A DNA stretch of 64,000 bases from Candidatus Babeliales bacterium. GTDB taxonomy: Bacteria; Babelota; Babeliae; Babelales; Vermiphilaceae. The stretch spans positions 96,001-160,000 of the forward strand of contig CAVUQO010000002.1 of assembly GCA_963743635.1 (NCBI GenBank), in the 5' to 3' direction. Positions within the stretch are counted from its first letter, which is position 1, and each line of letters starts with the position of its first letter. Made by a program: the position numbers and the translations under genes. The notes beneath the pieces were generated by a model. That model was not told the DNA's origin and ran no database searches. It worked only from the letters and a program-made list of their open reading frames with translations. This document shows positions 8,663-19,077 of this stretch, piece by piece.

Positions 8663-10697
8663 ATGTCCCAATTTAAAGACTATACGCTCCGTCCGGAGCT
8701 CCATAAAGCACTTGAAAAACTCGGTATTACAACCCCGACTCCTATTCAAGAAAAAACACTCGCTCATTTACTTACTTCAGATCACGTTGATTTCCACGGT
8801 CAAGCCCAAACAGGTACCGGGAAAACGCTTGCTTTCGGGTTACCATTGCTTCATAAGCTTGATACAGAATTACCTAAAACCCAGGCATTAATTGTAGCGC
8901 CAACGCGTGAATTAGTGGTCCAAATTACCGAAGCACTGACTGCTGCAGGTACTTTCCTTCCTTTTTCAATTGTTCCTATTTATGGCGGTATGCCATTGCC
9001 AAACCAAATACGTGCCCTTAATCGTGGCGCGCACATTGTTATTGGTACCCCAGGCCGCTTAAATGACCTTTTGCGTCGCAAGTCTCTTAAGCTTGATGAC
9101 GTACATACTATCGTTCTTGATGAAGCTGATATCATGCTTGATATGGGTTTCAAAGAAGAAGTGGATGAAATCCTGACTTTTGCGCCAGCAAACCGCCGTA
9201 TTTGGTTGTTCTCGGCGACTATTAAAGATGGTATCGAGCAAATTAAAAAGAACCATATGAAAGATGTAGTTGTTGCGCGCGTAGCTTCAAAAATGGTTAC
9301 CGTCGACGCAACCAAGCAGTTCTATTGTTCAGTGCCACGTAAAAATCGTGTTGTCGCTATTGCTCGTTTTATTGATCAAGCGCCAGGTTTTTATGGCTTT
9401 GTTTTCTGTCCTACTAAGTTGCTTGCAAGTGAAGTTTCAGATGCACTCAGCGGTATGGGCTATCCAGCAAGCGCATTACATGGTGATATGAACCAGACAT
9501 TGCGTAATGCCGTTATTAAAAAATTCAAACAACGCTCATTCTCCATTTTAGTTGCAACTGACGTTGCAGCGCGTGGTATTGACGTGAGTGGTCTTACCCA
9601 TGTTATTAACTATTCATTACCAGAAGATCACGAAAATTATGTCCATCGCATTGGTCGAACCGGCCGTGCAGGACTCGAAGGTATTGCAATAACCTTAGTT
9701 AATCGTAACGAAGTGGGTCATATGTCTCGTCTGGCAAAAAAATTAAATGCAACAATCAATCCGTTAAATGTACCCCGAACTGAAGACATTGCGGTCCAAC
9801 GCATGGAACAAGCGGTTAAGTATTTCGCGGAAAAATCGGTAGAATCTGCTGACGTGTCAGCGTATGTTACTGAGTTGCGTACCAAATTAAGCGAATCTTC
9901 ACCAGAAGCTTTGTTGAATGGTGTAGCGCATCTTTTAGTAGATAAATTCTTCTCAGGTCTTGATAAATCTGATGATTGTGTCGAAAGCGATACTCCATCA
10001 TTTGATGCAAGCAACCAAGAAAACAATGGCTTACAAGAAGTCATGTTGAATGTTGGTACTGATGATGGCGTTTCTGCAGATGAAATCAAAAATGCAGTAT
10101 TGGCATGTAAGGGTATTGAGGAAGATCATATTCTTAAAGCGCGCGTTATTAAACGCCGTTCATTCTTTACCTTTGCCGATGAACATGCAGCAATCGTTAT
10201 CCGTGATTTACGCGGTGTAAAGCTTGGTGGCATGGTATTACGTCCAATGCGTGTATACGATGAACGCGAAGAGCGCTCGTCTCGTGATGGCGGTTCATTC
10301 CGTCGTCGGTCACAAGGTGGCGATCGTAGACGTAGTGGTGGTTTCGGTGGTCGTGAACGCAGTGGCGGATTCGGCGGCGAACGTAGTTTTGGCGGCGGTG
10401 ATCGTCCAGAACGCGGTGGCTTTGGTGGTCGTGAACGTAGCAGCTTCGGCGGCGAACGTAGCGAGCGTCCTAGCTTTGGTGGTGAACGTAGCTTCGGTGA
10501 CCGTCCTAGTTTCGGTGGCGGTGATCGTCCAGAACGCGGTGGCTTTGCTGGTCGTGAACGTGGTGAACGTAGCAGCTTTCGGCGGCGAACGTAGCTTCGG
10601 TGGTGGTCGTGAACGCGGCGAACGCGGTGGCTTCGGCGGTGGTCGTGGCGGCAGCGATCGTGGTGGCTTTGGCCGACGTGATCAAAATCGCGGGTAA
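8663..10697 (+). CDS. deaD: DEAD-box RNA helicase (DeaD/CsdA type) with DbpA-like domain and RGG tail; +1 frameshift near 10578
   Basis: AQTGTGKT, PTREL, DEAD, SAT, HRIGRTGR motifs; the tail continues in another frame to GFGRRDQNRG*. Confidence 0.88.
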
Positions 10698-10723
10698 CCC
10701 TTCGGTACATACGTACATAAATT

Positions 10724-10762
10724 AAAAAAAGAACCTCCGATGAAAGTCGGGGGTTCTTTTTT
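10724..10762 (+). terminator. Rho-independent terminator
   Basis: aaaaaaagaacctccga...tcgggggttcttttttt. Confidence 0.9.
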
Positions 10763-10839
10763 GCGTCAATGCTAACTCGATGTGAGCACGCTTATTTAAA
10801 TGGCGGTTCCATCATAGAAATAAGTAAAATTCCCTCCCC

Positions 10840-11446
10840 CCGTTCGTCTCGAGTGTTTTTTTCTTACGCGAAGCGTAGGAAAAAAAGTGCGAGAGATGTT
10901 AAATCGGGTAATTCATATTTTAGTGTGAAATACATGAAGATTTTATAGGGAATATTATTTTATCCACAATCTCTCGCACATTTCTCTCCTTCACTTTGTT
11001 CAGGATAGAAATACTCCCATGCTTCGCTATCCTTCGACAGGCTCAGGACGAACGGGGTGCCGCTCATGGTGAGCATAGTCGAACCACGCAGGGCACGCGA
11101 GACGACTGCGTCCGGCGTAGTTCCGTTAGGAAACGTAGACGGAACGGGATAAGGAATAATTCTTTATCTATTAAGTTCTTAGATCGAGTTCGCGTTAAGT
11201 CATAGATTCTATGCATTTATTTATTTAAAGCCGATCCGCTCATCCTGCGTGCCCTGCGTAGCCTTGGCGAAGCATGGGAGGAGTGCCGTCAGGCCGTCAC
11301 GACTGTGTCCGGCGTAGTTTGCCGAGTCTGAAGACCCCGTCGTCGCCTACGGCTATGTCGGACGTTGCCGGATTAATGACGACAGGCCCGGCCTGTCAGA
11401 CGAAGCTCCAAAAGGAGCGAAGACTGAATAAACGTAGACGGAAGGG
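10840..11446. repeat. Mosaic of nested REP-like palindromic elements
   Basis: Multiple CCGTTCGTCTCGAG / CTCAGGACGAACGG units and CGTAG...CGAAG units inserted into one another. Confidence 0.8.
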
Positions 11447-12313
11447 CTAGAATCGCGGGTAGAATAGGACGTCAATTTCCTCTTCGCGCGGTTCAATATA
11501 GGAGCGATGGTACAATTTAGTACGAAACACTGCTTGAGCACTTGCGCAAATCCAACCAATTAAAATAAGAAGATAAAAGGCGATCCCTGACCAATCATGG
11601 ATCGCCTTGTTATTAAAAAGATAATAGGCCATTGGTTTTTCGAATAAAATCATGAGCGGCAGAACGCTCAATGCCCATATCAATCCTATCCAAAATTCCC
11701 CTCCAATGATCTCAAGTAATGCGGCACGTGCTATTTTCCATGAATGTTTTAATGATTCTACGATTGAAGTGTTTTTTTCCAGTGCAAGAATTTGAATCAT
11801 AAAAAATACCGTCATAATCCAAACAACTCCTAAGATGATTTGCAGCCCAGTCGCTGGCGTTACCACCCCTATGTTTTCTATTTCCATTGACCAGCCCATG
11901 TTCTCAAAAGGTGTATTCAGCAACGATAAGCAGCTGAGCGTGCCATAAATGATTGCTCCTGCGATGATGGACCATGTCGCTATAATTGGCGCGCGTGGCA
12001 CGACCATGCGTATGGTGTCACGGACTGATGATCGTTGATGTTCGATAATGGTAAACATGTGCACCGAAATGCATGCAATGCCCAAATCGGCAACAATTGC
12101 TTTTACCATCGCTTTGATAACGGGCGTAAATTCAGTGGGTGCTCCACGAGAAATAAGCGCGTAGACGAAATCGTAGGCGCTATGGATACCAAAGATAAGA
12201 TTAAGTAACGCGGGGATGAGCAGATATACAAGCAGTTTTTTATGTTCCCATAACGCTAAAAAACTATCTGATGCAAGCATTAAACCGTTATTGATGTGTG
12301 CTATGATCATCAT
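11447..12313 (-). CDS. Multi-pass membrane protein of unknown function
   Basis: About six hydrophobic helices; SLKHSWKI motif; GAGGAG RBS. Confidence 0.75.
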   Translation of the reverse strand: MMIIAHINNGLMLASDSFLALWEHKKLLVYLLIPALLNLIFGIHSAYDFVYALISRGAPTEFTPVIKAMVKAIVADLGIACISVHMFTIIEHQRSSVRDTIRMVVPRAPIIATWSIIAGAIIYGTLSCLSLLNTPFENMGWSMEIENIGVVTPATGLQIILGVVWIMTVFFMIQILALEKNTSIVESLKHSWKIARAALLEIIGGEFWIGLIWALSVLPLMILFEKPMAYYLFNNKAIHDWSGIAFYLLILIGWICASAQAVFRTKLYHRSYIEPREEEIDVLFYPRF

Positions 12314-12380
12314 TCTGAGCTCCTCTTTTTCATACTAATTTTTTGTACTATACGAAAGAGGAACGGCAAAATGCAATCTT

Positions 12381-13007
12381 TTAGATGAGTGTGTCGAAAA
12401 TGATGCGGCTCCAGGTTTCCATATGGTCAGCGTATGCGGCGCATTCTTCGAGCGTGAAGAGTGTGCCGCTTTTTAGTTCTGAGTGTACTGAGATCTGATC
12501 TGAATCACCTTCGAGTAAGAGCACGAGTCCGATGTGCACTTTTCCTACCTCATTTGAATCATCATTGAGCATGCCCAGTGAGGTTATGGTGAGATTGCCG
12601 CTATAGGCAACTTCTTCATGAAATTCGCGACGCGCCCAATCAAAAAGCGTTGAGCCTTCTTGCAAATCTTCCGCACGTACATGTCCGCCAATGCCGAGCG
12701 TGAATTTATTTTGCAGACGCGTTTCAGATGCTTTATTGGAGCGCTGCATCAAGAAATAACGATCTTGATACTTGAAAACCAAATAGGGAATAATTTGTTT
12801 GTAGGTTTCATCCAATTCCATCGCTGGCCTTGGTAAAAATTCTTTGTGGGTTTGAATCAAGGAAAGATAGGCATCAATATTCACCGTTTTCAGTCCATGC
12901 CACGCGGCTTCATAGGCAAACAGGGTATCTCTTTTAACCACTAAAATATGTTCGGGAGCGGTTTGAGGTATTGGTTGTGGCGCTGATTGTTGGATGGGTA
13001 TTGCCAT
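12381..13007 (-). CDS. NUDIX-superfamily predicted phosphoesterase
   Basis: KQIIPY, LGIGGHV...ARREFHEEV, VGKVHIG; start placed at MAIPIQ after AAGGA. Confidence 0.85.
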   Translation of the reverse strand: MAIPIQQSAPQPIPQTAPEHILVVKRDTLFAYEAAWHGLKTVNIDAYLSLIQTHKEFLPRPAMELDETYKQIIPYLVFKYQDRYFLMQRSNKASETRLQNKFTLGIGGHVRAEDLQEGSTLFDWARREFHEEVAYSGNLTITSLGMLNDDSNEVGKVHIGLVLLLEGDSDQISVHSELKSGTLFTLEECAAYADHMETWSRIIFDTLI

Positions 13008-13191
13008 AGTGAGATCCTTACATTCGATTGTGGTGATGGGTGTTATTGAGTGTAAAGGGTGTGTCGTTTTTTGCAACTTGTAGTGACAATGTTTGAATTC
13101 TTGATTTATCCACATGCATTTTGCCATGATAGGGTAACGCAAGGTGTGAGTATAGGGGTCCATATGAATTGATCTGAGGGGGAAATCGGGA

Positions 13192-15063
13192 ATGAAAAAG
13201 ATTATAGCGGTTACGGCACTGGCGGTGGCATTCTTGGCATGGCGCATGGGTGCGATGGAGCAGGTCGGGCAAGCAGTTACATTAGTGACCAAAGATGGAC
13301 AAAGCACAGCTATTGCAAAAAACAAGGCCGAACTCTTTGGAACTCTGCATGATCTCATGAGTGATCTATCAGAAGATGATCAGAATAAGCAGAACTTGGA
13401 AATACCGATCAAAGGAATAGCAAAAAAAGCTGACTTGGAGGCGCTCCTCAAAGATCTGGACTGGGTTGAGCAAGTGCGAAGGCAAAAAGAAGCAAACGAG
13501 AGTGAGCAGCAGGTAGCAAGAAGAATAGTAAGTGCTATGCCTCGGGTTGATTTTAATCGACAGATGTTATCGCAGCTAGTAAAGGCATTTGGGGGGGCAG
13601 TTTATTTAGGGCAGATGACATTGCTAGAGCTCTATGCGCGTCAGATCACAGATATGATTATGTCAGATGTATCAATGAGGTTATTGAGTCAAGGCGATCA
13701 GGAATACAGCGACCTTATAACGAAACTTGATTGTAATTTGGTTATTTTGCAATATATGCCAGGGGCTTGGGTTGAGTATTGGTATACGATTAAGCATGAT
13801 CAATCGGTTACATCGGTAGCGATATCAGCTGAGGGCAATAGGGCAGTGATGGGATCGTGGAATAAAGATGTCATGATTGTAAGCAGAGATGAAGCAGGAA
13901 TATGGCAAAACCGCCAAGAGGCCACTAAATTTTCGCATACTGGGGGTATTACATCAGTAGCGATATCAGGAGATGGCAATACGGTAGTAACGGGATGTAG
14001 TGATAATAGTGCAAAGATCTTGGTAAGAGATAAAGATGGAGCATGGCAAGAGCGTTATAGTTGCCAGCCTGCACAGTCACCTTCTGAGGAGAATGTAGTT
14101 TCGGTAGCAATATCAGCGGGTGGTAATGCGGTAGTAATAGGATCGTTTGATGGGAATAGCGCAAAGATCATTGAGAGAGATGCAGCTGGATCGTGGCACC
14201 TGCGTCATACCATTCCGCATGCTGGTGCGGTGCAGGCAGTAGCAATATCAGCAGGAGGAAATAAGGTGGTGACCGGAGCTAGAGACATGAAGGTAAAGAT
14301 ACAGGAAAAAAATGTGGCAGGAACTTGGCATGAGCGTGGCGACATTACGCATGGTGATTTTATTCATGCGGTAGCGATCTCAGCGAATGGTGACAGAGTG
14401 GTGACGGGATGTTTGGATAAGCATGTACGGATTCTAGAACCAAATGCTGGAGGATGGCAAGAGCGTTATAGGTATAAGTATGCGGGCTTTGTTGTATCGG
14501 TAGCGATATCAGTCGATGGCAATCGAGTGGCGGTGGGCTCTGTGGGTGAGGCAAAGATACTGGAAAATACACCAGGAGGATGGAAAGATTGTTATAGCCT
14601 TCCCAATAGTTATAGATCAGTAGCGATATCGGCAGAAGGTGATAGGGTAGTGACGGAAAGTGAGGATAGATTTGCCAAGATCATTGAGAGAGATGCAGCA
14701 GGAAAATGGCGTGAACGGGAGCGCTGTAGAATTAAGTGTGGAGATAGGGTTAATTCAGTAGCGATATCAGCAAATGGCAATGAAGTGGTGGCGGGATCTT
14801 CGGATCATAATGCAAAGATACTACATATCGAAGTATTGAGATATTTGCCGGGGCTGTCTGATTTTGATGGGTTATTACTTATACAGTTATTGTATTGGGC
14901 GTATACGAATAAGCGGAAAATAACTAACGCATGGGTGGGCAAGGTTTTGGGTGATATTTCATGGAAAGACGTAAAACCTCATGAGCAAAGGAAGATTCAA
15001 GAATGGATTCGAGATGTTATGCCTAGATCATTATTTTCCACTGCTTCTTGTTCGCTTCAATAA
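13192..15063 (+). CDS. Exported Skp1/BTB-like + 8xWD40 protein with C-terminal CaaX (CSLQ)
   Basis: Leader ..AWRMGAM; VTLVTKDG...LFGTLHDLMSDL...IPIKGI is Skp1/POZ-like; eight SVAISA.GN repeats. Confidence 0.8.
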   Translation: MKKIIAVTALAVAFLAWRMGAMEQVGQAVTLVTKDGQSTAIAKNKAELFGTLHDLMSDLSEDDQNKQNLEIPIKGIAKKADLEALLKDLDWVEQVRRQKEANESEQQVARRIVSAMPRVDFNRQMLSQLVKAFGGAVYLGQMTLLELYARQITDMIMSDVSMRLLSQGDQEYSDLITKLDCNLVILQYMPGAWVEYWYTIKHDQSVTSVAISAEGNRAVMGSWNKDVMIVSRDEAGIWQNRQEATKFSHTGGITSVAISGDGNTVVTGCSDNSAKILVRDKDGAWQERYSCQPAQSPSEENVVSVAISAGGNAVVIGSFDGNSAKIIERDAAGSWHLRHTIPHAGAVQAVAISAGGNKVVTGARDMKVKIQEKNVAGTWHERGDITHGDFIHAVAISANGDRVVTGCLDKHVRILEPNAGGWQERYRYKYAGFVVSVAISVDGNRVAVGSVGEAKILENTPGGWKDCYSLPNSYRSVAISAEGDRVVTESEDRFAKIIERDAAGKWRERERCRIKCGDRVNSVAISANGNEVVAGSSDHNAKILHIEVLRYLPGLSDFDGLLLIQLLYWAYTNKRKITNAWVGKVLGDISWKDVKPHEQRKIQEWIRDVMPRSLFSTASCSLQ

Positions 15064-15103
15064 TCATAGGGATTCACGTCAGATTTAAAAAAATGGGGGA
15101 AAA

Positions 15104-16951
15104 GTGGAAAGAAATAAAATTATAGCAGTTGCGGCATTGGCGATTGGGATTATTGCATGGCGCATGGGGGCGATGCAGCAGGAAGTTGTGCCAGCAGGCA
15201 TGATTAGGGTGACGTTTGGTGATGGCTCAGCATTGAATGTGCCTATCAATCAAGCGCGTTTATTTGATTATTTTAATGCGATGTTGAGTTCGGAGTTTAG
15301 CGAACAGCAGGCAAGGGCGGTCAATGTACCTGAAATTAGCAGTGACTCTTTTCAGGGGTTGCTGAAAGATCTGGGTTGGGTGGAGCAAGTGCGCGCTCAG
15401 CAACGAGCAAATGAGACGGAGCAACAGGCGGCAAGAAGAATAGTGCAAACGATGCCGCTCGTCGCGCTTGATAGAGATAGATTAAGGTTATTAATAGCAC
15501 AATTACAAGCAGCCGATTTTTTACAGCAACCATCATTGGTAGAGCTCTATGCGCTTCAGATATCAGATATGATCATATCTGATGCATCGATGAGATTGTT
15601 GAGTCAGGGCGATCAAGAATATGGTCAGTTTATAAGGGTCTTAACAACTGATTTACTTCCTCATTTGCGGCGGCATATTGCGAAAAATATGCCAAAAGTA
15701 GCAATATGGGTTGAGCAATATACGGTTCAGCATAATAGTTCGGTTTACTCAGTAGCGATATCAGCAGATGGCAATAGGGTGGTGACAGGATTTGCTGATG
15801 GTACGGCAAAGATAATTGCATGGAATGGCAATGCATGGGTTGAGCAGTATACGATTAGGCATACTCGAGTGGTTAATTCAGTAGCGATATCAGCAGATGG
15901 CAATAGGGTGGTGACGGGATCTTGGGATGATACGGCAAAGATAGTTGCATGGAATGGCAATGCGTGGGTTGAGCAGTATACGATTCGGCATAACAGTGCG
16001 GTTAATTCAGTAGCGATATCAGCAGATGGCAATAGGGTGGTGGCGGGATTTGACGATAAAACGGCAAAGATAGTTGCGTGGAATGGCGTTGCGTGGGTTG
16101 AGCAGTATACGATTCGTCATAATGATTCGGTTGTATCAGTAGCGATATCAGCAGATGGCAATAAGGTAGTGACGGGATCTAGGGATAATACGGCAAAGAT
16201 AATTGCATGGAATGGCGATGCAAATGCATGGGTTGAGCAATATACGATTCGTCATGATGATTCGGTTAATTCAGTAGCGATATCAGCAGATGGCAATAGG
16301 GTAGTGACGGGATCTAATGATAATACGGCAAAGATAGTTGTATGGAATGGCAATGCATGGGTTGAGCAGTATACGATTAGGCATACTCGAGCGGTTAATT
16401 CAGTAGCGATATCAGCAGATGGCAATAGGGTGGTGGCGGGATCTAATGATAAAACAGCAAAGATAGTTGTATGGAATGGCAATGCATGGATTGAGCAGTG
16501 TACGATTACGCATAATAGTTTGTTTGGTCTTTATCTATCTCGTATTTCAGTAGCGATAGCAGCAGATGGCAATAGGGTAGTGATGGGATCCGATTATGAG
16601 GCAGAGATCGTCGTATTGGATGGCAGTGCATGTGTTGAGCAATATACGATTCGTCATAAACATTGGGTTGACTCAGTGGCGATATCAGCAGATAGTAATA
16701 GAGTGGTGACGGGATCTAGGGATAATACGGTAAAGATAGTGGGACTTTTGCCAATGCCGTTGCCAGGGATATCTGATTTTGATACCTGTATATTTGAGCA
16801 TCTATTGGTATGGGGCCAGAGGCGTAGGCAGAGAATATCTAATGCAGGGTGGGCGAGAGATATAGAGAGCAGTATCACATGGCGTGAGGTAGCACCAGCT
16901 GCTAGAGAAAGGCTTCAAACATTAATACGAGAAACAATGCAGCAGCAATAA
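15104..16951 (+). CDS. Exported BTB-like + 8xWD40 protein
   Basis: DYFNAMLSSEFSEQQARAVNVPEISSDSFQGLL and AADFLQQPSLVEL match BTB/POZ patterns; eight near-identical repeats. Confidence 0.82.
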   Translation: MERNKIIAVAALAIGIIAWRMGAMQQEVVPAGMIRVTFGDGSALNVPINQARLFDYFNAMLSSEFSEQQARAVNVPEISSDSFQGLLKDLGWVEQVRAQQRANETEQQAARRIVQTMPLVALDRDRLRLLIAQLQAADFLQQPSLVELYALQISDMIISDASMRLLSQGDQEYGQFIRVLTTDLLPHLRRHIAKNMPKVAIWVEQYTVQHNSSVYSVAISADGNRVVTGFADGTAKIIAWNGNAWVEQYTIRHTRVVNSVAISADGNRVVTGSWDDTAKIVAWNGNAWVEQYTIRHNSAVNSVAISADGNRVVAGFDDKTAKIVAWNGVAWVEQYTIRHNDSVVSVAISADGNKVVTGSRDNTAKIIAWNGDANAWVEQYTIRHDDSVNSVAISADGNRVVTGSNDNTAKIVVWNGNAWVEQYTIRHTRAVNSVAISADGNRVVAGSNDKTAKIVVWNGNAWIEQCTITHNSLFGLYLSRISVAIAADGNRVVMGSDYEAEIVVLDGSACVEQYTIRHKHWVDSVAISADSNRVVTGSRDNTVKIVGLLPMPLPGISDFDTCIFEHLLVWGQRRRQRISNAGWARDIESSITWREVAPAARERLQTLIRETMQQQ

Positions 16952-16972
16952 TATTGAGAACAAAATGATAAC

Positions 16973-17005
16973 GGCCTCGGGAGAAAGATAAACTTGCCCG
17001 GGGCC
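16973..17005 (+). terminator. Hairpin between array genes (paralog at 18956-18983)
   Basis: ggcctcggg...cccggggcc. Confidence 0.6.
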
Positions 17006-17103
17006 GTATCATTATTTCATTGTTTTTGCATGGGCAATTCTGCCAGGATAAGTGATGTAAGGTACGAGATAGGGATTCATATCAGTTTTTAAAAGGGGGA
17101 ATT

Positions 17104-18927
17104 ATGGAGAGAAATAAAATCATAGCAGTTGCGGTATTGGCGATTGGCATTATTGCATGGCGCATGGGGGCGATGGAGCAGGAGGGTATTCCAGCAGGCA
17201 TGATTAGGGTGACTTGTAATGATAGCGCAGCGTTGAATGTGCCTATCAATAGAGCACGGCTTTTTGATTTTTTTAATGCGATGTTGAGTGCGGAATGGAG
17301 AGAACAGCAGGTAAGGGCGGTAAATTTACCATTAATAAGTAGTGACCTTTTTCAAGAGCTGCTGAACGATCTGGATTGGGTAGAGCAAGTGCGAGCTCAG
17401 CAACAAGCAAATGAGACGGAGCAACAGGCGGCAAGAAGAATAGTGCAAACTATGCCGGCGGTTGCGTTTGATAGAGATAGGTTAGAGTCATTAATAGCGC
17501 AATTACAAGCCGCCGATTTTTTACAGCAAGCATCATTGCTAGAGCTCTATGCGCATCAGATAGCAGATATGATCATATCACGTGCATCGATGGGACTGCT
17601 AAGTCAAGGCGATCAGGAATATGGCGCATTGATAACTAATTTGTTCCCTCATTTGAAAGAGCAGATTGCGAAAAATATGCCAAAAGTAGCAATATGGATT
17701 GAGCAATATACGGTTCAGCATAATAGTTCGGTTGGCTCAGTAGCGATATCAGCAGATGGCAATAAGGTGGTGACCGGATCTTTAGATCATACGGCAAAGA
17801 TAGTGGTATGGGATGGCAATGCATGGATTGAGCAGCATGTGATTGCGCATAATAGCCCGGTTTACTCAGTAGCGATATCAGCAGATGGCAATAGAGTGGT
17901 GACGGGATCTGATGATAGGACGGCAAGGATAGTAGCATGGGATGGCAATGCATGGACTGAGCAGCATACGATTCGTCATAATGATTGGGTTCACTCAGTA
18001 GCGATATCGGCAGATGGCAATAAAGTGGTGACGGGATATAGGGATAATACGGCAAAGATATTTGCATGGAATGGCAATGCATGGATTGAGCAGTATACGA
18101 TTAGGCATAATAGTTCGGTTTACTCAGTAGCGATATCGGCAGATGGCAATAAAGTGGTGACGGGATCTTTCGATAATACGGCAAAGATAGTTGCATGGGA
18201 TGGCAATGCATGGCTTGATCAGTATACGATTCGTCATAATGAGGGGAAGGTTTTATCAGTAGCGATATCAGCAGATGGCAATAGGGTGGTGAGCGGATCT
18301 TTAGATCATACGGCAAGGATAGTTGCATGGAATGGCAATGCATGGGTTGAGCAGTATACGATTCGTCATAATAATTGGGTTTTATCAGTAGCGATATCAG
18401 CAGATGGCAATAGGGTAGTGACGGGATCTGATGGTAATACGGCAAAGATAGTGGTATGGAATGGTAATGCATGGATTGAGCAGCATACGATTGCGCATAA
18501 TGACGCAGTTAAATCAGTAGCGATATCAGCAGATGGCAATAGGATAGTGACGGGATCTGATGATAGGACGGCAAGGATAGTAGCATGGGATGGCAATGCA
18601 TGGACTGAGCAGCATACGATTCGTCATAATGATTGGGTTTGGTCAGTAGCGATATCAGCAGATGGCAATAAGGTGGTGACCGGATCTCGAGATAATACGG
18701 CAAAGATAGTGGGGCGTATATCAAGATCATTACCAGGAATATCTGATTTTGATACCTTGTTATTTGAACATCTATTGCTGTGGGCAAAAAGAAGTGGGCA
18801 CAAAATATCTAAATCCGGCTGGGCAGGAGATATATTGCGCAGTATTCAATGGCGTGCTGTAGAGTCAGTTGCGAAAAAAGAATTGCAGAAAATGATTCGA
18901 GAAACAATGCAGCATGCAGTGCGATAG
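17104..18927 (+). CDS. Exported BTB-like + 8xWD40 protein
   Basis: Close paralog of 15104-16951. Confidence 0.82.
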   Translation: MERNKIIAVAVLAIGIIAWRMGAMEQEGIPAGMIRVTCNDSAALNVPINRARLFDFFNAMLSAEWREQQVRAVNLPLISSDLFQELLNDLDWVEQVRAQQQANETEQQAARRIVQTMPAVAFDRDRLESLIAQLQAADFLQQASLLELYAHQIADMIISRASMGLLSQGDQEYGALITNLFPHLKEQIAKNMPKVAIWIEQYTVQHNSSVGSVAISADGNKVVTGSLDHTAKIVVWDGNAWIEQHVIAHNSPVYSVAISADGNRVVTGSDDRTARIVAWDGNAWTEQHTIRHNDWVHSVAISADGNKVVTGYRDNTAKIFAWNGNAWIEQYTIRHNSSVYSVAISADGNKVVTGSFDNTAKIVAWDGNAWLDQYTIRHNEGKVLSVAISADGNRVVSGSLDHTARIVAWNGNAWVEQYTIRHNNWVLSVAISADGNRVVTGSDGNTAKIVVWNGNAWIEQHTIAHNDAVKSVAISADGNRIVTGSDDRTARIVAWDGNAWTEQHTIRHNDWVWSVAISADGNKVVTGSRDNTAKIVGRISRSLPGISDFDTLLFEHLLLWAKRSGHKISKSGWAGDILRSIQWRAVESVAKKELQKMIRETMQHAVR

Positions 18928-19077
18928 CGGTAGCCGCAGAATAAAATGAAATATGGCCTCGGGAGATACTCCCGGGGCTTTTTGATTCTTCATTGTTTTT
19001 GCATCGATGATTTTGCAAGAATAAATGATGTAAGATATGACTATAGGATTCATATCAGATTTTAAAAAGGGGGAAAG

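Noticed and set aside
10126..10710. Arg/Pro-rich minus-strand ORF and Val-rich alternative frame
   Set aside because: Shadows of the low-complexity RGG tail.
10996..11205. 69-aa ORF
   Set aside because: It is a translation of the REP mosaic.
13008..13358. N-terminal extension of the NUDIX ORF
   Set aside because: It overlaps the divergent gene and its promoter region; the start at 13007 has an RBS.
15715..18710. CRISPR array or DGR variable region
   Set aside because: The repeats are in-frame coding units without unique spacers, and no cas gene, reverse transcriptase or non-coding template repeat is visible in the window.
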